Shown here: positions 1-7,732 of the stretch, piece by piece
Position numbering within the stretch: position 1 is the stretch's first letter
How the letters are laid out: every line of letters starts with the position of its first letter
DNA from: Gammaproteobacteria bacterium
Lineage (GTDB): Bacteria > Pseudomonadota > Gammaproteobacteria > CAJXQU01
Length of the DNA stretch: 64,000 nucleotides
Assembly: GCA_965223825.1 (NCBI GenBank)
Contig: OZ245018.1
Coordinates: 1,453,561 to 1,517,560, forward strand
Direction of reading: 5' to 3'
Notes under the pieces: generated by a model
Database searches by the model: none
Told to the model about the DNA's origin: nothing
The model's input: only the letters and a program-made list of their open reading frames with translations
Translations under genes and position numbers: made by a program

Positions 1-294
1 GATACTCGCGGAATTGCCGCAGATATTTTAAGTCCGGGAGAGGAAGATATTTACGTTTTCACCGTGAAAGAAGCGGGGCGACACACGATCCAAACTGGTG
101 GTCAGACGGACGTTGTGATGAAATTATTCGGTCCAAATCACAAAACAACCCTCATTGCTGAGGATGATGATGGCGGTGACGGGCATAATGCGCGCATCGT
201 AACGGATCTCATTCCGGGCACGTATTACATTCAAATTCGTCATTACAACAGCACGTCAGGTACGGGTCAGTACAGCATTAGCGTTACGCTCTAA
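1..294 (+). CDS. 3' end of a protein with a C-terminal PPC/DVUA0089-like beta-sandwich domain (typical of secreted peptidases); 5' part outside window
   Basis: Frame 1 is open from base 1 (DTRGIAADILSPGEEDIYVFTVKEAG...). The motif D-x-Y-x-F...DVVMKLFGP...IAEDDDGGDGHNARI...PGTYYIQIR is PPC-like. Confidence 0.7.
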   Translation, partial: DTRGIAADILSPGEEDIYVFTVKEAGRHTIQTGGQTDVVMKLFGPNHKTTLIAEDDDGGDGHNARIVTDLIPGTYYIQIRHYNSTSGTGQYSISVTL

Positions 295-541
295 CGTTCA
301 AGATAGATTTTTTAAAAACGGATCAGTCTCACGGAAGAGGTTGATCTATTTACCAAAAAATAACTTTCCCACACAAAGTTTTCAGAGTTCTCCTCCTTAA
401 AAAGAAACGCCACGCACGTTCATTTTAGTATTGGAATTCATAGAACGATATTGAATGGATCGATCTGCTCAACCCAAATTTACCTAAAAACCATATAAAA
501 AGAAGGAATTAGATTAACAACCACTTAATAAAAAACATGTT

Positions 542-563
542 GCAAATGATAATAGTTATCATT
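542..563 (+). promoter_or_regulatory. Fur box
   Basis: GCAAATGATAATAGTTATC (542-560) matches 15/19 of GATAATGATAATCATTATC. Perfect dyad AATGATAA-tag-TTATCATT at 545-563, about 50 bp before a TonB-dependent receptor. Confidence 0.85.
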
Positions 564-613
564 AGGATCCGCCTAAGCTAATCCAAAAAACAAAGGAGAC
601 ATTCGGGAGCGCG

Positions 614-2917
614 ATGAACATGAAAGAATCAACAATTAAAACCCCTTTAAGCATGCGGGAGTACCGTAGGCAAACACAGGGAGACTTCACAAAAACACCA
701 CTGGCATTGGGGATGACGGCGGTGATGATGTCTGCACCTGCGTTCGTAGCACAGGCTGCTGACGTTGATCAAAACAACGATACGGTACAGCTTGAAACAA
801 TGGACGTGGAAGATCGTGCTATTGAAACAAACCCTTATGCTGAAAAAGGCGCGCCTTATAAAGCAAAAACATCGGGTGACCCGCGTCACGTCAAGGATCT
901 CGCGGAAACACCGCAAACGATTTCTGTATTGACACAAACACAGATCGAAGAATCCGGTCGTTCTGATCTACGCGATATTCTTTCTGCACAACCGGGCATC
1001 ACCTTAGGAACGGGTGAAAATGGTAACGCGTTTGGTGATCGCTATATCATCCGTGGCCACGAAGCACGCAGCGACGTGTTTGTTGATGGTTTACGTGATC
1101 CAGGCATGACGACGCGTGAAAGCTTCGCGGTTGAGCAAGTTGAGATTACAAAAGGACCAAGTTCAACTTTTGCCGGCCGTGGCTCGACAGGTGGTGCGGT
1201 TAATAGCATTACAAAACAAGCCGGTACGGCGTACGACTTCGGTAAGGTCGATTTAGGTTTAGGCACGGATGAATACCGACGCTTTTCATTAGACACGAAC
1301 AAACGTATTAGTGATGAGTTCGCTGTACGTCTGAATTTATTGCACAACTATGAAGAAGTGCCTGATCGCGGACCTGCTGATCGGGAACGTAATGGTTTCG
1401 CCTTGTCAGGGCTTTATCAGCCTAATGAACGTTTTAAACTCCTTGCGGATGTTTATTATCTTGATGCGAAGGACAAACCTGACCTCGGTACCTTCATTGA
1501 GTCGGGTGGAAGCCCAGTTAATAACGTGCCGGTTTACATGCAAGATCAGGATTTCATTGAGTCAGAAATTCTCACGTTTACCGTGCGGGCAAGTTATGCC
1601 TTTACAAGAAACCTAAGAATCGAAAATCTTATGCGCTATGGTACAACTGACAATGGTTACGTGGTGACGGGTTATCGGGGCACGGGTTTGAGCACACACC
1701 AAGGCTGGCAGGAAGTGGATTACTTCGCTAACCAAACCAATCTTTTCCTCGATACAACCATTGCAGGGATGAAAAACCAGTTCGTCGTCACTGCTGAATA
1801 CTCCGATTATCAAGTGTTGAATGGTGTTTATGATGTGAATAATACCGGCGCAACTAACTGTATGGTAAGTGGTCGCGGCGGTACAAACCCTGGTTACTGT
1901 ATTACTGATAATAACGGTAATTACATGTCGAACATCGGCAATATCATGGGACGTTCGATTACTAAATCTGATTGGGATAGTGACTACAATGTTGAGACGT
2001 TCTCAGTCAGCCTGATGGACACGATCGACATTACTGATCGCTGGTCTGTGTTTGCCGGTGTGCGTGCTGATCGCTTTGATTATTCCAATACGATTGCCAG
2101 CGGTGGTGTTGAGACGCCTTATGAATACTCTGACACGCTATGGAACGGTCATGCCGGGATTGTGTTTGATGTTATGCAAAACGCCAATGTCTATTTCACT
2201 TATTCAACGTCAGCCAATATTAATGGCGGCGAATCTGACGTCGGCGGTAGTTGTGGTTATGGCGGCATTTGTGGCGCAGGCGTTCAAGATATTGGTAACA
2301 GTGAGCCTGAGTTAACAGAAAATCTTGAGTTGGGCACCAAATGGAATCTCATGGGTGAGAAGTTACTTTTCACTGCAGCGATCTTCCAGATCACCAAAGA
2401 CGATGTGATGGAGAATCTGGGCGGCGATGATTATGACGCTATAGGCACACTGAATACCGGTAAAAACCGCGTTCGTGGTTTTGAAGTTGCCTTAGTGGGT
2501 AATATCACTGACAAACTCAGCACACAATTTGGTATCACCAGCATGGATGCTGAAATTCTGGACTCAAATGATTCCAGTAATATTGGCAAAACGCTCTCCA
2601 ACTTTGCTGAGCGCAGCGCTTTCTTACAACTTCGTTATCAACTTACTCCGAAATTCTCTTTCGGTGGTACGTACACAGCACAAAGCGAATTGTTCTCTGG
2701 CCAACCGGATTCACCTGCGGGTGAGAACTATAAGGTTCCCGGCTACGGCGTAGTGGACCTGTTCGCAAACTACTCCTTCACCGACAACCTCAAAGCCAGG
2801 TTGAATGTCGGCAATATTCTAGACAAAGACTACTACACAGCCTCTTATAGTAGTGGTGCCTTCACCTATATCGGTGATGCTAGAAATGCCCAGCTGACAC
2901 TCAATTACACCTTCTAA
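614..2917 (+). CDS. TonB-dependent siderophore receptor (Fiu/PiuA-like)
   Basis: Signal peptide (AFVAQA), TonB-box-like ETMDVE, plug motif ETPQTISVLTQTQIEE, RG...DG/EQVEITKGPSS..GRGSTGGAVN, and C-terminal NVGNILDK.Y...LNYTF ending in Phe. Fur box upstream. Confidence 0.93.
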   Translation: MNMKESTIKTPLSMREYRRQTQGDFTKTPLALGMTAVMMSAPAFVAQAADVDQNNDTVQLETMDVEDRAIETNPYAEKGAPYKAKTSGDPRHVKDLAETPQTISVLTQTQIEESGRSDLRDILSAQPGITLGTGENGNAFGDRYIIRGHEARSDVFVDGLRDPGMTTRESFAVEQVEITKGPSSTFAGRGSTGGAVNSITKQAGTAYDFGKVDLGLGTDEYRRFSLDTNKRISDEFAVRLNLLHNYEEVPDRGPADRERNGFALSGLYQPNERFKLLADVYYLDAKDKPDLGTFIESGGSPVNNVPVYMQDQDFIESEILTFTVRASYAFTRNLRIENLMRYGTTDNGYVVTGYRGTGLSTHQGWQEVDYFANQTNLFLDTTIAGMKNQFVVTAEYSDYQVLNGVYDVNNTGATNCMVSGRGGTNPGYCITDNNGNYMSNIGNIMGRSITKSDWDSDYNVETFSVSLMDTIDITDRWSVFAGVRADRFDYSNTIASGGVETPYEYSDTLWNGHAGIVFDVMQNANVYFTYSTSANINGGESDVGGSCGYGGICGAGVQDIGNSEPELTENLELGTKWNLMGEKLLFTAAIFQITKDDVMENLGGDDYDAIGTLNTGKNRVRGFEVALVGNITDKLSTQFGITSMDAEILDSNDSSNIGKTLSNFAERSAFLQLRYQLTPKFSFGGTYTAQSELFSGQPDSPAGENYKVPGYGVVDLFANYSFTDNLKARLNVGNILDKDYYTASYSSGAFTYIGDARNAQLTLNYTF

Positions 2918-2930
2918 TCGGTGAACTCTT

Positions 2931-2973
2931 AACCGTCAGGGAAGCCATCGTGCTAACCTGACGGTTTCTTTTT
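2931..2973 (+). terminator. Rho-independent terminator-like hairpin after the receptor
   Basis: Stem AACCGTCAGG (2931-2940)/CCTGACGGTT (2957-2966) followed by TCTTTTT. Confidence 0.7.
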
Positions 2974-2997
2974 AATGTAAGAGTTGTTGTCCGCACC

Positions 2998-4197
2998 ATG
3001 TCATCAGACAAACCAAGACGAAACGTTGATCACCCATCCGCTCAGACAACAGAGCACAAGCCCGATCAACAATATCAATCTGAACGTTATCTCGAACATC
3101 ACTGGGTCTTTCCCAAGCTCAGTCAAATCCCCACCGATCTCGTCAGCCTCGCAGATTACGAACGCTGTGCAGAGGCCTATTTTCCTAAGGAAGTTTGGGC
3201 GTATATTAATGGCGGCGGCGCGGATGAAATTACCCTCAATCAGAATCGATCTGCATTTGATCAGATCGCGCTTTATAACCGAATTCTTAATCACTTCGAT
3301 CAAGCATCGACACACTCGACGCTGCTCGGATCGAGACTAAAATACCCGATCATGCTCGCGCCTGTGGCATACCATGCACTGGCGCATCCCGATGCCGAAC
3401 TGGCAACCGTTGCGGCCGCCAATGCGATGCAAACTGGTATGATCGCAAGCACCTTGTCTTCCGTTCCAATGGAGGCGATCGCTGCGAATTTAGATCAACC
3501 ACATTGGTTCCAACTTTACTTCCAAGCTAACCGGCACGATACGCTTGGCTTGCTACGTCGAGCAGAAGCAGCGGGTTTTTCCGCCATCGTGGTTACGTTA
3601 GACGCCGTGATCAACGGATTTCGTAATCGAGAACAACGCGCAGGTTTTGCCTTGCCCAGTCGGGTTCAAGCCGCAAATTTGCAGGATCTGACACCGCCAA
3701 CATCACGTGAATTGACGCCAGAACAGAGCATTATTTTAAATGGCATTATGGCCGATGCACCGAATTGGGATGATCTAAAATGGTTACGTGAGCAGACATC
3801 GCTACCGATTTTGATCAAAGGCATCTCACACCCGCACGATGCGCAACGGATAATGGAGCTCGGCTGTCAGGGCGTGATTGTGTCGAATCATGGTGGGCGC
3901 ACCTTGGATACAATTCCCGCCAGTATTCAGTTATTACCCGCGATTAGAACCGCGCTTGGTAAAGAGCCTATAATCTTGCTCGACAGTGGTGTAAGACGTG
4001 GTACTGACGTGATCAAAGCAATTGCCTTGGGTGCAAATGCCGTGTTGATCGGACGACCGCAACTATATGGGCTTGCCGTGGCGGGGAGTTTGGGCGTCGC
4101 GCATATGCTGCGATTACTGATCGAAGAATTTGAGATTAGTATGGCGTTAACCGGCTGCGCTGAGATCAACATGATAAACTCCGATTTATTAGTCTGA
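2998..4197 (+). CDS. FMN-dependent alpha-hydroxy acid oxidase/dehydrogenase (L-lactate dehydrogenase/glycolate oxidase family)
   Basis: YINGGGADEIT, PIMLAPVA, WFQLY, ILIKGI, catalytic SNHGGR, DSGVRRGTDVIKAIALGANAVLIGRP. Confidence 0.92.
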   Translation: MSSDKPRRNVDHPSAQTTEHKPDQQYQSERYLEHHWVFPKLSQIPTDLVSLADYERCAEAYFPKEVWAYINGGGADEITLNQNRSAFDQIALYNRILNHFDQASTHSTLLGSRLKYPIMLAPVAYHALAHPDAELATVAAANAMQTGMIASTLSSVPMEAIAANLDQPHWFQLYFQANRHDTLGLLRRAEAAGFSAIVVTLDAVINGFRNREQRAGFALPSRVQAANLQDLTPPTSRELTPEQSIILNGIMADAPNWDDLKWLREQTSLPILIKGISHPHDAQRIMELGCQGVIVSNHGGRTLDTIPASIQLLPAIRTALGKEPIILLDSGVRRGTDVIKAIALGANAVLIGRPQLYGLAVAGSLGVAHMLRLLIEEFEISMALTGCAEINMINSDLLV

Positions 4198-4238
4198 TCT
4201 TTCTTACTCAGTGAAAAATAAGGACATCATCGCGCGAT

Positions 4239-4922
4239 ATGTTGTTACCGATTGAACAAATTCTTAACCAAGATGAGTTGCAACCCATTCGCCAGCGTCT
4301 GCGAGAGGCGCAGTGGCAAGACGGTCAGATCACCGCGGGTACACAGGCGGCAGGTGTTAAGAATAATTTACAGCTTGATAATCAGTCGGAACTGGCGATC
4401 AGCCTGGGGCAGCAAATTCTCTCGCGGCTAAGCCAACATCCTGTCTTTATGTCCGCAGCTTTGCCGGACAAGTTCGTTCCACCGCGTTTTAATTGCTATC
4501 AAAACGGTGGTCAATACGGTATGCATGTGGACAATGCGATCATGTTTTTGTCGAACCCACATGAGATTGTCCGAACCGATCTTTCTGCTACCTTGTTTCT
4601 CAGCGAGCCAGATGAATATGATGGCGGCGAGTTGATGATCGAAACGGAATATGGCGCACAAGCTATTAAACTGGCGGCGGGGGATCTCATCTTATATCCG
4701 TCGACCAGCTTACACCGGGTGACTCCAGTGACAAAAGGGGCACGTATTGCGGCCTTTTTCTGGGTACAAAGTATGGTGCGAGATGCGCAATATCGTTCGC
4801 TCTTGTTCGATTTGGATCAGAGTATTCAGAACTTAACTGTCGAACGCGGTAATCAAGATTCGGAAGTGCAGCGACTTACCGGCATTTACCATAACTTGGT
4901 GAGGAGCTGGGCAGAGACGTAA
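4239..4922 (+). CDS. piuC: PKHD-type Fe(II)/2-oxoglutarate-dependent hydroxylase (YbiX/PiuC)
   Basis: WQDGQITAG, HVDNA (HxD), RTDLSATLFLSEPDEYDGGEL, YPSTSLHRVTPVTKGAR, FFWVQSMVRD, C-terminal LTGIYHNLVRSWAE. Confidence 0.92.
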   Translation: MLLPIEQILNQDELQPIRQRLREAQWQDGQITAGTQAAGVKNNLQLDNQSELAISLGQQILSRLSQHPVFMSAALPDKFVPPRFNCYQNGGQYGMHVDNAIMFLSNPHEIVRTDLSATLFLSEPDEYDGGELMIETEYGAQAIKLAAGDLILYPSTSLHRVTPVTKGARIAAFFWVQSMVRDAQYRSLLFDLDQSIQNLTVERGNQDSEVQRLTGIYHNLVRSWAET

Positions 4923-5084
4923 CCCCCCACGATCCTGTGAGCAACAAGCATTTCACTGCTGTTGCTAGTGGTGAAATTTACGATCATTTTTTCCGTTTAA
5001 AACACCTGCAGCCCAACTTGGTGCTTGTTGCGACGCAGCAATAAATGCCTTATCTCTCAGTAATTTAACTCTATTTTTGTTGTG

Positions 5085-5101
5085 TGCACAATCTTAGTGC
5101 A
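5085..5101. promoter_or_regulatory. Candidate NtrC-type binding site
   Basis: TGCAC-AATCTTA-GTGCA fits TGCAC-N7-GTGCA. A half-site CGCACCAAC starts 32 bp downstream (5117). No clear sigma54 -24/-12 element found. Confidence 0.45.
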
Positions 5102-5237
5102 ATAAATTTCGCTTTCCGCACCAACTCGGACTATGATTGTTCTCGGTGGCTTGGTGTTGGTCTGTCGGTGCAATCAACCAGCCCTCCACATTAAGTCCAC
5201 TGTCAAACTATAAATCTAATAATAGCAGGGGGTATGT

Positions 5238-5741
5238 ATGTCTAAGTTAACTGCACTCGCATTAAGCATTGCTGTACTCGGTGGAATCTGGGCTTATCTC
5301 GCGCTCGGACCGCTTTCTGGAATGGTCCTCGTCTGGGCTGGGTTCATCGCTTGGGGTTGTTTCTTTCACTCTGGAGCTGATGCCGCCGCACTTCAAAAAA
5401 CCATTGTTGGTATGAGCTATGGTGCAATCATTGCCGGTATCGCATTATTTCTCGTGGGTTTGAATCCGCTCGGTTTGCCCGGTGCAGTTGGACCGGCGGT
5501 GTATATCGCAGTCACGGTCTTTTTACTCGTGATCGTCGCGGGTTGCAGTTTGTTATCGACCGTCCCTGCGAATGTTTACGGTTATGCTGCGACAGCGGCT
5601 TATGCTCTACAAACGCCGGATGTGGGTGGTGTCACGGTGCCCGATCTTTCAAACCCGGTTCTGATCATCGCGTTGTCTACGGTTATTGGTGCGGTATTTG
5701 GTTTATTGTCTGCGAAGTTATCTGACATTATTAGTAGTTAA
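5238..5741 (+). CDS. DUF1097 family inner-membrane protein (YcdZ-like)
   Basis: Highly hydrophobic 167 aa. WAGFIAWGCFFHSG and PANVYGYAATAAY are characteristic. RBS GGGGG upstream. Confidence 0.75.
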   Translation: MSKLTALALSIAVLGGIWAYLALGPLSGMVLVWAGFIAWGCFFHSGADAAALQKTIVGMSYGAIIAGIALFLVGLNPLGLPGAVGPAVYIAVTVFLLVIVAGCSLLSTVPANVYGYAATAAYALQTPDVGGVTVPDLSNPVLIIALSTVIGAVFGLLSAKLSDIISS

Positions 5742-5763
5742 TTTACCAAGTTTTATCAGTACG

Positions 5764-5791
5764 AAAAAAAACCGCCCAAGGGCGGTTTTTT
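5764..5791. terminator. Bidirectional Rho-independent terminator
   Basis: A-tract + CCGCCC-AA-GGGCGG + T-tract between convergent genes. Confidence 0.85.
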
Positions 5792-5816
5792 GTTGAAATG
5801 CACCTCGTTAATTATT

Positions 5817-6611
5817 TTAGCTATACAAAACAGGCGCACCGATTTTTTCATGAATGCTATTGCTGGTTTGCTGCGAGATATTTAAGGCTTTTGCGAGTTG
5901 ATCTAAATATTCAGCTTCTTGCTGTGAATCAAGATCGATTGCCAATAGCGACATAAAATACGCTTGTTGTTCCATACCCGCCGGGATGCTGTTAACCAGT
6001 AATTGCATGTCATTCGGCTCACTCATGATCGAACGGACAAGAGCGACTTCTTCCGGTGAAATATCATCCAAATGTTCGGCAATTTTTTGCTGCTCTGCTT
6101 CATCAATTTGACCATCTGATTTTGCTGCGCTGATCATCGCACGTAACATGATTTCGGCTTGTTGTTCCTGAGTTGCTGTGGGTTCTGGTGTTTGCTCACC
6201 TTGCAAAACGCCGTTTAAGATGCTGCCTAAACTGCCGCCGGCACCACCTTGCGCTCCGCCACCGAGTGAATCGAGAATGCCCCCCAGGCCACCACCTTGG
6301 CCACCTGCGCCGCCTAACATCCCAGCTAAACCGCCGAGTCCTCCGCCGGATCCGCCTGAACCGCCAGCGAGAGATCCCAAGAGGCCACCTAAACCGCCGC
6401 CGGACTGTTGAACACCGCCGAGTTTTCCTAAAATATCGCCCAAACCACCGCCGGATTGTTGCTGACCGCCGCCGGTTAACGAGCCAAGTAATCCACCTAG
6501 ACCGCCTCCGGTACCGCCTTGCTGGTTGTTACGTCCGCCCATCATGCTACCGACGCCTTTTGCGACCATCATACCGACAGCCATTTTTCCTAATGTACTT
6601 ACGAGACTCAT
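5817..6611 (-). CDS. DUF533 / TerB-like (YebE) protein with a Gly-rich N-terminal region
   Basis: Repeated GGLGGLLG-type motifs, then LRAMISAAKSDGQIDEAEQQKI...AYFMSLLAID.DSQQEAEYLDQLAKAL. Confidence 0.82.
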   Translation of the reverse strand: MSLVSTLGKMAVGMMVAKGVGSMMGGRNNQQGGTGGGLGGLLGSLTGGGQQQSGGGLGDILGKLGGVQQSGGGLGGLLGSLAGGSGGSGGGLGGLAGMLGGAGGQGGGLGGILDSLGGGAQGGAGGSLGSILNGVLQGEQTPEPTATQEQQAEIMLRAMISAAKSDGQIDEAEQQKIAEHLDDISPEEVALVRSIMSEPNDMQLLVNSIPAGMEQQAYFMSLLAIDLDSQQEAEYLDQLAKALNISQQTSNSIHEKIGAPVLYS

Positions 6612-6802
6612 AATACGCTCCCCTCAGTTTGTTAATAGAATCAGTTAGTAATGCCATAGCATATGTCTTTGTGTGTGCTGATAGCAAATTGACTTTCCTC
6701 ATTAAAATGACATGAAGAAATGCAGTATTGATCACGATTAATCGTCACCAAGAATAGCGTCTTGTTGTGAGGTTATTTCGTGTGATTCTCATCATCTTAA
6801 TG

Positions 6803-6838
6803 AACAAAGAGGACGTTGCAATGAACGGCCTCTTTGTT
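6803..6838 (-). terminator. Terminator hairpin after the Arg/His-rich gene
   Basis: AACAAAGAGG (6803-6812)/CCTCTTTGTT (6829-6838) with an inner CGTT/AACG stem. Confidence 0.65.
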
Positions 6839-6849
6839 CCGGTTATTGA

Positions 6850-7491
6850 TTAATGTCGACCACGATCGTCTGATCGTCGCTCTTGGTGACGTCGTTGATT
6901 GTGATCACGACGTTGTTCTTGTCGATTATTTCGTCGTTGATCACGGTGTTGATCGCGATGTCCCTCACGACGATGATGCGAATTTTCTCGACGCTGATCG
7001 CGGTGTGCTTGATGTTCACGTCGATGTTCATGTCTTCTTGCGTCACGTCTGTCCTGCCGCTCATATCGGCGATCGCGATAATGGTTGTCGTAACGTCTCG
7101 GTTGGTGACGAATGTAATAATCCCGATCGTAATAACGGTGGTGTCGTTTGTATGCATGGCGCTCCTGCCACGGACGCGCGTGGCGATAAGCGAGCGGGTG
7201 TCGACGTTGGTGATTCAGGTGAATAAACGCCGGCAAAATACGCACAGATAACCAGCCATTGCGATAATGGTTGTAATGATAAAGTCGTCGATGTCGATCG
7301 TAATAGACATTTTGATCAGGATAATAATAGTACTCATACCCTACACTCACACGCGATTGAGAATGCCGATCAGAATAGTGTGTCGCATGGGCGGAACAGC
7401 CGCTGACGACTAAGAACGAGAAAACGATCAAGCTGGTATTCATTAAACGACGAGAAAGACCACGTTTCTGAATAGTTGTATTGGTAGTCAT
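6850..7491 (-). CDS. Hypothetical Arg/His/Asp-rich putative lipoprotein
   Basis: Hydrophobic stretch and lipobox-like VVSG-C, a YYYYPDQNVYYD...YHY...W motif, then an R/H/D/Q low-complexity tail. AG-rich RBS upstream and terminator downstream. Start may be the second Met (7443). Confidence 0.7.
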   Translation of the reverse strand: MTTNTTIQKRGLSRRLMNTSLIVFSFLVVSGCSAHATHYSDRHSQSRVSVGYEYYYYPDQNVYYDRHRRLYHYNHYRNGWLSVRILPAFIHLNHQRRHPLAYRHARPWQERHAYKRHHRYYDRDYYIRHQPRRYDNHYRDRRYERQDRRDARRHEHRREHQAHRDQRRENSHHRREGHRDQHRDQRRNNRQEQRRDHNQRRHQERRSDDRGRH

Positions 7492-7665
7492 TTTGTCAGA
7501 CCTCTTCTGTTGTACGCGTCCATTTGAACGCTCTTTAACTGAATGGTGACTGAAACAGGGCAGGGGAAAAGTGAAGAAAATAAGGAGATGCGCAGTTGGC
7601 TGCGATAGAGATGATTAGCCTATTTTAAATGTGATTACATTTTAGTTGAGTCAACACAGGGTAAA

Positions 7666-7699
7666 AAAATGCCGGGTTGAGAATTCAATCCGGCATTTT
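7666..7699 (-). terminator. Terminator hairpin after the di-haem oxidoreductase
   Basis: AAAATGCCGG-GTTGA-GAAT-TCAAT-CCGGCATTTT with an A-tract on + (U-tract on -). Confidence 0.8.
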
Positions 7700-7732
7700 A
7701 TGAACGTAAATTTTAGGGGGTAAATTATTTTC

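Noticed and set aside
5117-5185. Possible riboswitch in the DUF1097 leader (imperfect GGCTTGGTG...CAACCAGCC stem)
   Set aside because: Pairing is weak and I could not match guanidine, glutamine or fluoride riboswitch consensus by eye. An Infernal/Rfam scan would be needed.
6230-6560. Repetitive GC-rich DNA resembling a repeat array
   Set aside because: It is the coding Gly-rich linker of DUF533. There are no fixed-length repeats with unique spacers, so it is not CRISPR.
6173-6613. Pro-rich and Arg-rich ORFs antisense to the DUF533 gene
   Set aside because: These are the mirror image of the GGC/GGT Gly codon runs; no independent signals.
6834-7251. Three extra ORFs overlapping the Arg/His-rich gene (6834-7226 +, 6843-7157 -, 6883-7251 +)
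   Set aside because: Stop-poor shadow frames are expected from low-complexity codon repeats. Only 6850-7491 has an RBS, lipobox and terminator.
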